A stretch of DNA of 64,000 bases from Candidatus Latescibacterota bacterium (GTDB lineage: Bacteria > Latescibacterota > UBA2968): the NCBI GenBank assembly GCA_965208125.1, contig OZ242320.1, positions 4,960,001-5,024,000 of the forward strand, in the 5' to 3' direction. This document shows positions 19,664-28,623 of the stretch, piece after piece. Position numbers and translations under genes: made by a program. Every line of letters begins with the position of its first letter. Positions within the stretch are counted from its first letter, which is position 1. Under the pieces are notes generated by a model. The model had not been told where the DNA came from. It saw only the letters and a list, made by a program, of their open reading frames with translations, and searched no databases.

Positions 19664-20973
19664 AAAATATCAGACATTATTTTATTTTGCGATTAGAACT
19701 CCGGGGCTTTCTCGGAGTTCTGCTTATATGCACCTGCACGGAGGTATATGCCGAGCAGAAGCTCAGAGCAGATTGGGTGGAAACGCTGCTTTTGAACGAC
19801 CAGACGCAGCGCAATTACCGCGGGAGCGTGGTGTATGAAGACAGCTTGCGCCAACTTATTGTAAAAGCCGATTCTGCACATGTGCGCATTGGGGATGCGA
19901 CCTATCTTTTTGTACATCAGGTGAGTTACAAAGACACGGTGCGAGAAATTCGTGCCGATACACTCGTTTTCCAGGACCGCGAAGACCTCGCGACGTTTCG
20001 GGGGCATGTCTTTCTAAGCGACGATCGGCGCACGCTTGAGGCGCGTATCGTGCGATTTTTGAGCAAAGAGGACTCGCTCGTTGCCGAGGGTGATGTCGTC
20101 CTTCTGTTGCCCGAAGGCCGCAGACTTCGCGCTTCCCAATTGCGCTACGATTTGATCCGCGAGCGCGGAAATCTGCAGGGCCAGACGCAATTGCAAGTGG
20201 TAGGGGAACGAGGCGATACCCTTGAGGCGCAGTCCGATTCCATTGCCTTTGTCGATCGAGGGCAAGAGCTCTTTCTCAATGGCAACTTCATCTTGCGACA
20301 GGGATACACGCGAGGAAAAGCCATGTCTGGTGCGTACGCGGATTCTGTGATGGTACTTTCTGGTAGTCCCTTGATGACCTGGTCCAATCCCGCTAACCGC
20401 GATTCCGTTTCTGCACAGGGCGAAAAAATTCTTATGGAAATGTCCGATCAGACCATTGGTGCGCTGGAGCTTTCGGATAGCACCCTCATCCATGCCATGG
20501 CTCTTGCCAATGGTCATTCGCAAAAAATACACTCAGATTCTGCTCGGATTGTCTTTCGTGACGAAACCCCGCAGCGCATGCACGCATGGGGAAATGTAAT
20601 GCTCGATCTAAGCGAGCGAGATACGTCGCGGGCAGTACTGTCTGGCGGCGATCTCAGATTGGCCTATCGAGATGGAGAACTGGATAGTTTGACGCTGTCT
20701 GGTGGATGCCTCGGTTCTTATACTGCCCGGGATAGCCTATCGGAAAGCCGCCTGGGAGGCAAGCGGTGTGTGTTGTGGTTTGCCAATGGGGAGTTAGACC
20801 AGATGGCAATTTTCGATGAAGCACATTGCACGCGGGTTACGAAAGATAGCGACGATGTAACGGTTTCTGGGGATTATCTCCTGTTGAAATTTGACCCCGA
20901 GAAATTGTTATCTATCCGAGCTGAGGGGGATGTACGAGGGCACTATACCGCCGAATTGGAGGATGCGCCGTGA
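19660..20973 (+). CDS. Elongated LptA/OstA-like beta-jellyroll protein
   Basis: Between lptC and lptB; repeated A/GDS...F...A.G.V beta motifs over 437 aa. Confidence 0.7.
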   Translation: MKNIRHYFILRLELRGFLGVLLICTCTEVYAEQKLRADWVETLLLNDQTQRNYRGSVVYEDSLRQLIVKADSAHVRIGDATYLFVHQVSYKDTVREIRADTLVFQDREDLATFRGHVFLSDDRRTLEARIVRFLSKEDSLVAEGDVVLLLPEGRRLRASQLRYDLIRERGNLQGQTQLQVVGERGDTLEAQSDSIAFVDRGQELFLNGNFILRQGYTRGKAMSGAYADSVMVLSGSPLMTWSNPANRDSVSAQGEKILMEMSDQTIGALELSDSTLIHAMALANGHSQKIHSDSARIVFRDETPQRMHAWGNVMLDLSERDTSRAVLSGGDLRLAYRDGELDSLTLSGGCLGSYTARDSLSESRLGGKRCVLWFANGELDQMAIFDEAHCTRVTKDSDDVTVSGDYLLLKFDPEKLLSIRAEGDVRGHYTAELEDAP

Positions 20974-21695
20974 ACCTGCGAGCCGAGGGTCTGGTCAAAA
21001 AATACGCGCGTCGTCTGGTTGTCAATCAGGTCAACTTGATCGTCAATCCCGGCGAAATTGTCGGACTCTTAGGGCCTAATGGCGCGGGAAAAACGACGTG
21101 TTTTTACCTCATTGTCGGCGCAATTTCGTCAAATGCCGGATACATTTTTTTGGGTGATCAAGACATCACGGCATTGCCGATGTATCGCCGCGCGCGACTG
21201 GGCATAGGCTATCTGGCGCAAGAATCTACGGTTTTTAGAAAGATGACCGTGCTGGAAAATGTCCTATCCGTCCTCGAATACGAGAAAATGGGTAAGGTAG
21301 AACGGTTAGACCGCGCCCACAAGGTATTGGGAGACCTGGGAGTTGGTCATTTATCGCACCAACGCGCAGATAGTTTGTCGGGGGGAGAAACGCGCCGGCT
21401 GGAAATTGCGCGGGCACTCTCTCGAGATCCGCTCTTTATGCTGCTCGACGAACCTTTTGCCGGCGTGGATCCGCGTGCGGTGGAAGATATTCAGAATATT
21501 ATCGCCGAACTAAAACACCGCAATATCGGGGTTTTGATTACCGATCACAATGTGCGAGAAACTCTCGCAATTACAGATCGTTCCTATTTGCTTTCTGAGG
21601 GAAAGATTCTTCTCTCAGGTACACCCCGGGCATTGGCAGCAAGCGACGAGGCACGTCGCATTTATCTGGGCGACCGGTTTCGCCTCGATTCGTGA
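20970..21695 (+). CDS. lptB: LPS export ABC transporter ATP-binding protein LptB
   Basis: GLLGPNGAGKTT, LPMYRRARLGIGYLAQE, LSGGETRRLEIAR, DEPFAGVDP, ITDHNVRETL, YLGDRF. Confidence 0.96.
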   Translation: MNLRAEGLVKKYARRLVVNQVNLIVNPGEIVGLLGPNGAGKTTCFYLIVGAISSNAGYIFLGDQDITALPMYRRARLGIGYLAQESTVFRKMTVLENVLSVLEYEKMGKVERLDRAHKVLGDLGVGHLSHQRADSLSGGETRRLEIARALSRDPLFMLLDEPFAGVDPRAVEDIQNIIAELKHRNIGVLITDHNVRETLAITDRSYLLSEGKILLSGTPRALAASDEARRIYLGDRFRLDS

Positions 21696-21786
21696 CAAAT
21701 TTAGAAAAAGGGTTTACAACCCTCTTCGTTATTTGTTATTATTTAAAGTTGTCTCTTCCACTTACTGAACGCTGATGAGGACAAAA

Positions 21787-22335
21787 ATGAAACATGTAAC
21801 GCTGGCAGAACTGGAAGCGGGATTAGAAAATATCCGTCAGTCGCCCACAAATGTGGGCGTGTTAGAATTGATTGTGCGCCGACCACAGATTGAGGCGAGG
21901 GAGGTCCTGAAAGTTGGCGAACTCGATCTGGTTGAAGGACTCGTGGGCGACAACTGGAAAACACGCGGCAGTTCTCAAACCGCCGATGGGTCAGCCCATC
22001 CAGACATGCAACTCAACATCATGAACGCACGCGTGATTGCCCTATTAGCACCGAAAAAAGAGCGTTGGGCACTGGCGGGAGATCAGTTGTATATGGACCT
22101 CGATTTGAGCGAGGAGAATGTGCCGCCGGGCACCCGGCTGAGTCTGGGAGATGCAGTGATCGAAGTTACAGATCAACCCCATACGGGCTGTAAAAAATTT
22201 GCTGAGCGTTTTGGATTGGATGCACTAAAATTTATTAGTTCTCCCGTGGGTAAACAGCTTCAGTTGCGCGGGATCAATGCAAAGGTTATTCGCTCTGGCG
22301 CGATACAGATTGGCGATACTGTAAAGAAAGTGTAA
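21787..22335 (+). CDS. MOSC domain protein (YiiM-like)
   Basis: GLVGDNW, AGDQLYMDLDLS, GTRLSLGDAVIEVT.QPHTGCKKF, RGINAKVIRSG.I.IGD. Confidence 0.85.
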   Translation: MKHVTLAELEAGLENIRQSPTNVGVLELIVRRPQIEAREVLKVGELDLVEGLVGDNWKTRGSSQTADGSAHPDMQLNIMNARVIALLAPKKERWALAGDQLYMDLDLSEENVPPGTRLSLGDAVIEVTDQPHTGCKKFAERFGLDALKFISSPVGKQLQLRGINAKVIRSGAIQIGDTVKKV

Positions 22336-22338
22336 TCT

Positions 22339-23829
22339 ATGATTGGTCTTGATCATACACAATCTCAGTTACTTCAGCAAAAACTGGCACCGCAACTCAT
22401 CCAATCTTTGCGCCTGCTCCAATTGCCAACTCTGGAATTAGCGGAGTTAATTCAACAAGAATTGGAGATCAATCCACTTCTGGAAATTGACGAAGATGTT
22501 ACATTGGATTTGGAACAAGAAGAGCCCAAAGCTGAACTGGATGACGAAACCGAGAACGAAGACCAGGATGAGGAACCCGTTGAAGAGTTGGAATTTGAAG
22601 ACCCGGACCTGGATAAACTCAATTCAGACGTATTTGATGAACAAGACTGGGATCACTACTTAAATGAATCCGGGTATGCCAGCCCACGCGAAGAATTTGA
22701 ATCCAATACAGAAGACTGGCACAACGACAGGACCACTCAAAAAACGCTACGAGATTCACTTTTAGAACAGGTGGCAATCACGAATCTTTCACCGAGTGAT
22801 CGCATCATAGCCGAATACTTAATTGGCAATATTAGCGAAGATGGGTTTTTGGGATGTTCGACAGGGGAAGTGGCAGATGAGCTTGGGGTCAATCTCGATA
22901 ATGTGGAATGCGTTTTGGGCATTATCCAGACATTTGACCCGGTAGGTGTTGGTGCGCGAAACCTTCAAGAGTGTTTGTTGATTCAATTAAAAGAAAAAAA
23001 TATCACAAACGGTTTGGTTGCAAATGTGGTACACAATCACCTCGACGACTGGATCAACCGTCGTTTTAGCCAGATAAGTCAGGCACTCGATACAAGTGTG
23101 GATGATATGCGCGTTGTTGAAGAAGTCCTCGCATCGCTCAATCCCAAGCCCAATATTGAACTCGAACCCGCATTGAATCTCAACCATGTCATTCCCGACC
23201 TCGAAGTCCAAAAGGTCGGTGACGAGTACGTCGTTTCCCTGACCGACCACACCCTGCCCGAATTGCGGATTAGTCCAGTGTATCGCACCTTGCTCAGACA
23301 ATCGGACAAATCGGGGCGAAATGACCCAGAATTGCGAGAGACCAAAAAATTTGTCGTTGAAAAACTCAATTCTGCACGCTGGTTTATCAATGCAATTCAC
23401 CAAAGACGCGCAACCATGTTAAAGGTCATGCGATGTATTGTCGAAAATCAGGTTCAATTTTTCGAACGAGGACCTGGTTTTCTCAAGCCAATGGTGCTGC
23501 AAGAAGTAGCCGATATGGTGCAGATGCACATTTCGACCATCAGCCGCGTGAGCAATGGCAAATATGTGCAAACACCGCATGGCGTTTATGAGTTGAAATA
23601 TTTTTTCGATGGAGGATTGAGTCGATACGATGGCGACGATGTCTCTACCAGAAGTGTAAAAGAAAAAATCGCAAAGCTCATTGGCGATGAAGATGTGCAG
23701 AATCCATTGAGCGATCAACACATATCGACTATTCTCAAAAAAGAGGGCATTGACATCGCGCGGCGCACGGTCGCCAAATATCGCGATCAACTCAATATCA
23801 GCTCCGCGCGACTTCGGAAGGCACTTTAG
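22339..23829 (+). CDS. rpoN: RNA polymerase sigma-54 factor RpoN
   Basis: Q-rich region I (LQQKLAPQLIQSLRLLQL), DPVGVGARNLQECL, HISTISRV, RpoN box ARRTVAKYR. Confidence 0.97.
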   Translation: MIGLDHTQSQLLQQKLAPQLIQSLRLLQLPTLELAELIQQELEINPLLEIDEDVTLDLEQEEPKAELDDETENEDQDEEPVEELEFEDPDLDKLNSDVFDEQDWDHYLNESGYASPREEFESNTEDWHNDRTTQKTLRDSLLEQVAITNLSPSDRIIAEYLIGNISEDGFLGCSTGEVADELGVNLDNVECVLGIIQTFDPVGVGARNLQECLLIQLKEKNITNGLVANVVHNHLDDWINRRFSQISQALDTSVDDMRVVEEVLASLNPKPNIELEPALNLNHVIPDLEVQKVGDEYVVSLTDHTLPELRISPVYRTLLRQSDKSGRNDPELRETKKFVVEKLNSARWFINAIHQRRATMLKVMRCIVENQVQFFERGPGFLKPMVLQEVADMVQMHISTISRVSNGKYVQTPHGVYELKYFFDGGLSRYDGDDVSTRSVKEKIAKLIGDEDVQNPLSDQHISTILKKEGIDIARRTVAKYRDQLNISSARLRKAL

Positions 23830-23922
23830 ACGAATCAACGGAGCGGGGTATAACTGCGCCAGCAGTTCATCAACGAATCAACGATAGCAGTTGGGTGGTT
23901 GGGCGGGATTCGTCTATTCGTT
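23829..23922. repeat. Small structured repeat element, copy 2 (paralog at 6185-6298)
   Basis: GACGAATCAACG-GAGCGGGGTA-TAACTGC(loop)GCAGTT-C-ATCAACGAATCAACG...ATTCGTCTATTCGTTT. Confidence 0.7.
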
Positions 23923-24699
23923 TTAGTCTGTCTGTTGGGTACTGATTTCGTCTTCTGAGATTTTGTGTACACTTTTGGGATTAAAGGTCTGCTGGGTATT
24001 GATGCGAAGTGCAACTTCAATCCGTCCGCCAGTTAGCACAAAAAACTGAATTAGAAATCCGCCACCTTGCATGGTTTCAACCTGATAAGCGTCGATGTCT
24101 AATCCGTCGAGCAATAGGGGAAGGGTGGTTTCAAATCGCGGGTGTTGTGTAATATTGGGAGGCAACGCCATAATCAGGGTTCCCGGTTCCGTATTGAGAT
24201 AACCTCCAATGCGTTGTCGCGCGTTCACCATGTGAGAAATAACCTTGCATGCATAATCGAAATCATCTTCGCCGTTTCGACCTGGTGGTACTATACCCCA
24301 GGTGAGATGATGGATAAAGGGATTGCCGTATCCCTGCCCGAGCATCTGATTGAGCGCGGGTTGGTCAACGGGATGAACCACTGCGACATAGTGAAACCAG
24401 CCACGTGCGAGGGCGGGATGCCCGGTGGGCAAACCCGATGGCACATTGATATAATCCTGTTCATCGACGGGTGAGGGATAACACTTGGTGTCCCAGCCTG
24501 CAATATAACCCATTGTTTTTAGAGGTCCCGCTACGAGGTACGGAGGATCCGTAAAGATCGCTGCGTGGTCCATGTTGGGATACAATTTGACGCCGGCAGC
24601 AGAAATTTTTTCGGCGACTTGCAGGGCTTCGTCAAAGCGTTCAAATGCATTCTCGATTTGGAGAACTGTGTGAAAGTCTTCGGGTAATTTACAGTCCAT
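23923..24699 (-). CDS. Hypothetical protein, possible VOC/HPPD-like metalloenzyme
   Basis: RBS AGGAGG before ATG 24699; MDHAA...IHHLTW...FLIQFF...RIEVALR...TF pattern resembles the HPPD catalytic domain. Confidence 0.6.
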   Translation of the reverse strand: MDCKLPEDFHTVLQIENAFERFDEALQVAEKISAAGVKLYPNMDHAAIFTDPPYLVAGPLKTMGYIAGWDTKCYPSPVDEQDYINVPSGLPTGHPALARGWFHYVAVVHPVDQPALNQMLGQGYGNPFIHHLTWGIVPPGRNGEDDFDYACKVISHMVNARQRIGGYLNTEPGTLIMALPPNITQHPRFETTLPLLLDGLDIDAYQVETMQGGGFLIQFFVLTGGRIEVALRINTQQTFNPKSVHKISEDEISTQQTD

Positions 24700-24929
24700 A
24701 GTCTTATCCTCCTGTTGGTTAGACGACATAATCAATAACACGTTTTTCTTAGATACGTCAAGCATAAATGAATCCCGGTCACTTTGGTGGCCGGGATTTT
24801 TTGTTGAAAAAATTGATTCATTCATCGCTAAAAAATTGAACGATTCGTACTCATATAGAGTTTGTTTATGCTACCCTTTATAAGCATAACTCACTGATTT
24901 AATGTCTCTTGCGGCATTTTTCTCGATTT

Positions 24930-24945
24930 TGGCACGCAATTTGCA
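24930..24945 (+). promoter_or_regulatory. Sigma-54 (-24/-12) promoter
   Basis: TGGCACG-CAAT-TTGCA matches the TGGCACG-N4-TTGCW consensus exactly (GG-N10-GC), 36 nt upstream of ATG 24982 with RBS AGGAGG. Confidence 0.8.
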
Positions 24946-24981
24946 GATGTAATAATCCAAAAAACATTACAGGAGGCCAAT

Positions 24982-27711
24982 ATGATGAGATACTGGATTA
25001 TTGCTGTGATATCGGGAGTGCTTTCTTTCGCAGAGGTTTTTCACACTGAAGCGATTGTCGTGATCAACGAGGTTCTTGCAGATCCGCCATCGGGAGATAG
25101 GGGCGATGCTAATAGAGATGGAATATGGCCCGAGCGAAGCAACTACGAGGACGAGTTTATAGAAATACTGAATACCGGATCGGATACTGTTGCGATCGGC
25201 GGATGGGAATTATCAGATAAAAAACCCGGCTCAAAAGGGCCATTCACTTTTCCCCCAAATACACGGATTGCTCCGGGCGAATACATCGTACTTTTTGGCG
25301 GCGGAGATGCAAAAAAAATTAAATCTGAATTTGAAAGCAAAGTTTTTGTTGATGATGGTAAGATTGGTGGAGGATTGAGCAATTCGGGAGACGCTGTATT
25401 TTTGATCAATCCAACTTCAAGCGATACAATTGCAAGAGCAGAATGGGGGAAAGAGGGGGGTAAGGATCAATCTCTCGTGCGGTATCCGGAAGGGGCTGAC
25501 AGGTGGGTGTTACATAGCGATTCACCGGGCAGAGGGTTGTTTTCGCCGGGCAAACCGAGGTCGCTTTTCGATATACTCCAATCTCTTCCCGAGTATCTGG
25601 ACATGATAGAAGGAGAATTTGTGTATCTGACCCCCGCGATCTATAGCTACGAGACCGGGGAAACAAGACGAATTGAGGATGAAGTTTTATGGGTATCGTG
25701 GGATACCACTATCGTACGAATTGAACAGGACAACAAGGTGGTTGCTGTGCGTGCTGGCGAGACGGAAGTTGGTTTTTTCTGGCAGGACCGAGAGAGCCTG
25801 CACACATATATACGGGTATTGGAAAAGAAAAAAATGGCATTGGTGATCTCAGAGGTGTATCCAAATCCCGCCTGGGGTGACGCGGGCGACACCAATAGTG
25901 ATGGGGTGCGGCACACCTATCAGGATGAATTCGTCGAAGTAGCTAATCTGGGCGAGCACCCCATTGACATTAGTGGCTATTTTCTCGGTGATGACGATGT
26001 ACCTGTGGAAAAACTTTTTCGATTCCCCGATAGCACAGTGCTCGATACTCAAGCAGTTGTCGTGCTCTTTGGCGGTGGTGAGATACCTGTTAGCGATCGG
26101 ATCTTTGCAGATGACGGCAGCATTGGCGATGGCCTGTCCAATTGGAGCGATACTGTGCAGCTATTGGCGCCAGATAGTAGTACGGTGGTATTTTCAATGA
26201 AGTATGAGCATTCGACCAGAGGCGTATCCTTTGCCAGAGATGGCGATGGCAATTATGTGTTACACAATCAGATATACAAAGAAGATCCCAATGGACAAGG
26301 GGCGGCGCGAGAGGATTCCGTAGATATAGCGAACCGTGACTCACTCGACATATTCCAACTTTCTGAAGGCCTGGTGATCTCTGAAGTCTATCCCAATCCC
26401 GCCGCAGGCGATGCAGGCGATACCAATGGCGATGGGGAGCGAGATACCTTTCAGGATGAATTTGTTGAGATAGCGAATTTGGGCGTGCATCCCATCGATA
26501 TTGGTGGCTATTACCTCGGTGATGACGATGTACCTGTGGAAAAACTTTTTCGATTTCCCGATAGCACAGTGCTCGATACACAAGCAGTTGTCGTGCTCTT
26601 TGGCGGTGGTGAGATACCTGTTAGCAATCGGATTTTTGCAGATGACGGCAGCATTGGCGATGGCCTGTCCAATAGAGGCGATACCGTGCAGTTGCTGGCG
26701 CCAGATGGAAGCACAGGGATCTCCAAAATGACGTATGAGAACGCGCCCAAAGGTATATCATTTGCGAGAGACGATAAGGGGAATTATCTGTTACACAATG
26801 AGATATACGAAGGGGAAACTATATCTATCGGACGATTAGGACAGGGCGATGATCCAGTTAAACTCGAGGAATTAACTGTTCCCGATGGTCTGGTATTTTC
26901 CGAAATCCTGATGCTACCCGAACAGGTGGATGCCAATAACGATGGGACTGTTGATAAGCATACTGATGCTTTTGTCGAATTGACCAATATCGGTGTTGAT
27001 ACCCTCGACCTGAGCGGGTGGCTGCTCGGCGATGACGATATCATTGCCTCTCGATTCTTTCCCTTTCCCGATGATGTCGTGCTCGTGCCTGGCAGTTATG
27101 TCACCATTTTTGGTGGAGGGACGCCTGTGGACATTCCCGGTATTGTTTTGTCTGCCAAGGGGCAGATTGGAAATGGACTCAGTAGCGGTGGCGATGTCGT
27201 CCGTCTGATCATGCCCGATGGTAAGACCGTGGTGCAGTCTGTGGGCGTGCCAAAAGCGACGCCAGATGTTTCCTGGCTATTTTCGCCGGATGATCCGCCA
27301 AAGTTACATCCCCAAATCTCAGGTGGGCGGGCAATGTCGCCCGGCACACCATCTATTTCGGAGGTGAAATCAGACACCCTGGCTGATGTGGGTGCCGTAT
27401 CGGGAAAACCCATTGTTAGTGATCTGGAAATAGAGGATCCCAAATGGGGTATTTACCCATCACCCAATCCCTTCAATACAGCAACTGTATTGAGTTTTTA
27501 CACGGCAGGAGGCCCTGTTTATATAACTATATATAATATCCTGGGACAACCCATCAGACGGTTGGTTCAACAATATTTGCCTGCCGGATATTATCAGCGT
27601 ATATGGGATGGTAAAAATGATTCTGGAGTATCTGTGGGTTCCGGAATCTATATCGTCCTTCTAAAAGACAAGAAAACGACATTTACACAGCGTGTCGCGC
27701 TCTTGAAGTGA
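24982..27711 (+). CDS. Secreted protein with four lamin-tail domains, an Ig-like (Big_2) domain and a C-terminal FlgD-Ig / T9SS-type-A-like domain
   Basis: Signal peptide; four (V/L)(V/F)(I)(N/S)E...D.N.DG...EFVE..N.G...D..G..L.D repeats; PNPFN...IYNILGQPIRRLV...WDGKNDSG..VGSGIY tail. Confidence 0.88.
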   Translation: MMRYWIIAVISGVLSFAEVFHTEAIVVINEVLADPPSGDRGDANRDGIWPERSNYEDEFIEILNTGSDTVAIGGWELSDKKPGSKGPFTFPPNTRIAPGEYIVLFGGGDAKKIKSEFESKVFVDDGKIGGGLSNSGDAVFLINPTSSDTIARAEWGKEGGKDQSLVRYPEGADRWVLHSDSPGRGLFSPGKPRSLFDILQSLPEYLDMIEGEFVYLTPAIYSYETGETRRIEDEVLWVSWDTTIVRIEQDNKVVAVRAGETEVGFFWQDRESLHTYIRVLEKKKMALVISEVYPNPAWGDAGDTNSDGVRHTYQDEFVEVANLGEHPIDISGYFLGDDDVPVEKLFRFPDSTVLDTQAVVVLFGGGEIPVSDRIFADDGSIGDGLSNWSDTVQLLAPDSSTVVFSMKYEHSTRGVSFARDGDGNYVLHNQIYKEDPNGQGAAREDSVDIANRDSLDIFQLSEGLVISEVYPNPAAGDAGDTNGDGERDTFQDEFVEIANLGVHPIDIGGYYLGDDDVPVEKLFRFPDSTVLDTQAVVVLFGGGEIPVSNRIFADDGSIGDGLSNRGDTVQLLAPDGSTGISKMTYENAPKGISFARDDKGNYLLHNEIYEGETISIGRLGQGDDPVKLEELTVPDGLVFSEILMLPEQVDANNDGTVDKHTDAFVELTNIGVDTLDLSGWLLGDDDIIASRFFPFPDDVVLVPGSYVTIFGGGTPVDIPGIVLSAKGQIGNGLSSGGDVVRLIMPDGKTVVQSVGVPKATPDVSWLFSPDDPPKLHPQISGGRAMSPGTPSISEVKSDTLADVGAVSGKPIVSDLEIEDPKWGIYPSPNPFNTATVLSFYTAGGPVYITIYNILGQPIRRLVQQYLPAGYYQRIWDGKNDSGVSVGSGIYIVLLKDKKTTFTQRVALLK
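25841..26800 (+). repeat. Intragenic tandem duplication of a lamin-tail domain (531-nt period)
   Basis: 25990-26143 and 26521-26673 are nearly identical at DNA level (GATGACGATGTACCTGTGGAAAAACTTTTTCGATT...GGCCTGTCCAAT); the flanks are more diverged. Confidence 0.9.
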
Positions 27712-27745
27712 GAAGCAAAATCTAATAGAAGGGAGGTGAAACAGG

Positions 27746-28027
27746 ATGGCACAACCCGAAATTACATTTCGTCATGGCCTGTGCAGTGCTTCGATTTTCG
27801 AAAATGAATACAAGCGCGGTGAAGAGTCTTTCACTGTGCGGACAGTTTCATTTCAGCGAAGTTATTTGGACAAAGATGGGAATTGGCAAACCACCAATAG
27901 CTTGAAGGTGAACGACATTCCCAAAGCCGTATTAGTGTTGAATAAAGCGTATGAGTTTTTGACATCGAACAGTCAGGCTGAGGCAGAAGTAGATGATGCG
28001 ACTGCAATAGCAGATGAACAGGCTTGA
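27746..28027 (+). CDS. Small hypothetical protein (possible PC4/ssDNA-binding-like fold, acidic tail)
   Basis: RBS GGAGGTG; SASIFEN...QRSYLDKDGNWQTTNSL..NDIPKA pattern; acidic C-terminus. Confidence 0.7.
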   Translation: MAQPEITFRHGLCSASIFENEYKRGEESFTVRTVSFQRSYLDKDGNWQTTNSLKVNDIPKAVLVLNKAYEFLTSNSQAEAEVDDATAIADEQA

Positions 28028-28046
28028 GGAAATGGTGAAGTTATAT

Positions 28047-28079
28047 AAAAAAAGGTCCGGCTATTAGCTGGACCTTTTT
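28047..28079. terminator. Bidirectional rho-independent terminator
   Basis: AAAAAAAGGTCCGGCTA-T-TAGCTGGACCTTTTT between convergent genes. Confidence 0.8.
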
Positions 28080-28164
28080 GTGTACCTATTCATTAGTAAA
28101 CTACTATCGTAGCAGGACTACATTTTGGATTAGAGATGCTCCGATGCAAATAGGCAGGCAATAC

Positions 28165-28461
28165 CTATGCATCCAAAGGCTCGTGCAGTGCTTTCTTGAT
28201 TAAAACACCGGCTTTGAAATAGCTCTTTCTCCGAGCGGGAACATAAACAATTTCGCCTGTACGAGGGTTGCGTGCAGCGGGTTTCGGTTTGGTCGGCTTG
28301 ATACCCAGCACGCCAAATCCCCTGATTTCGATCCGATCGCCAGCAACCAGATTTTCACGCATGGCGTTAAAAAGGGTATTAACAATCTCATAAGCGAGTT
28401 GCTTTTTGATTCCCAAACGATCAGAAATTTTTAAGGCGATGTCTTTTTTAGTCATCGTCAT
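28165..28461 (-). CDS. HU/IHF family DNA-binding protein (IHF-beta-like)
   Basis: MTKKDIA...GDRIEIRGFG...ARNPRTGEIVYVPARRKSYFKAG. Confidence 0.92.
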   Translation of the reverse strand: MTMTKKDIALKISDRLGIKKQLAYEIVNTLFNAMRENLVAGDRIEIRGFGVLGIKPTKPKPAARNPRTGEIVYVPARRKSYFKAGVLIKKALHEPLDA

Positions 28462-28623
28462 ACGGTCCTCCCATTTCACAGGTATTATCAAGGCATTGGG
28501 CTAATATATAACTCTAAACCCCTGATATGCAAGACAAAAATGTTACACAATCGTCACAAAATTGAAAAATTGCTTTTGCTTTATATGTCGCTTATTTTAT
28601 CATCGTTAGTGAGGATAATACCC

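Noticed and set aside
6185-23922. CRISPR array from the ACGAAT repeats
   Set aside because: Units are 8 nt, occur in only two short loci, lack regular spacers, and no cas genes are present.
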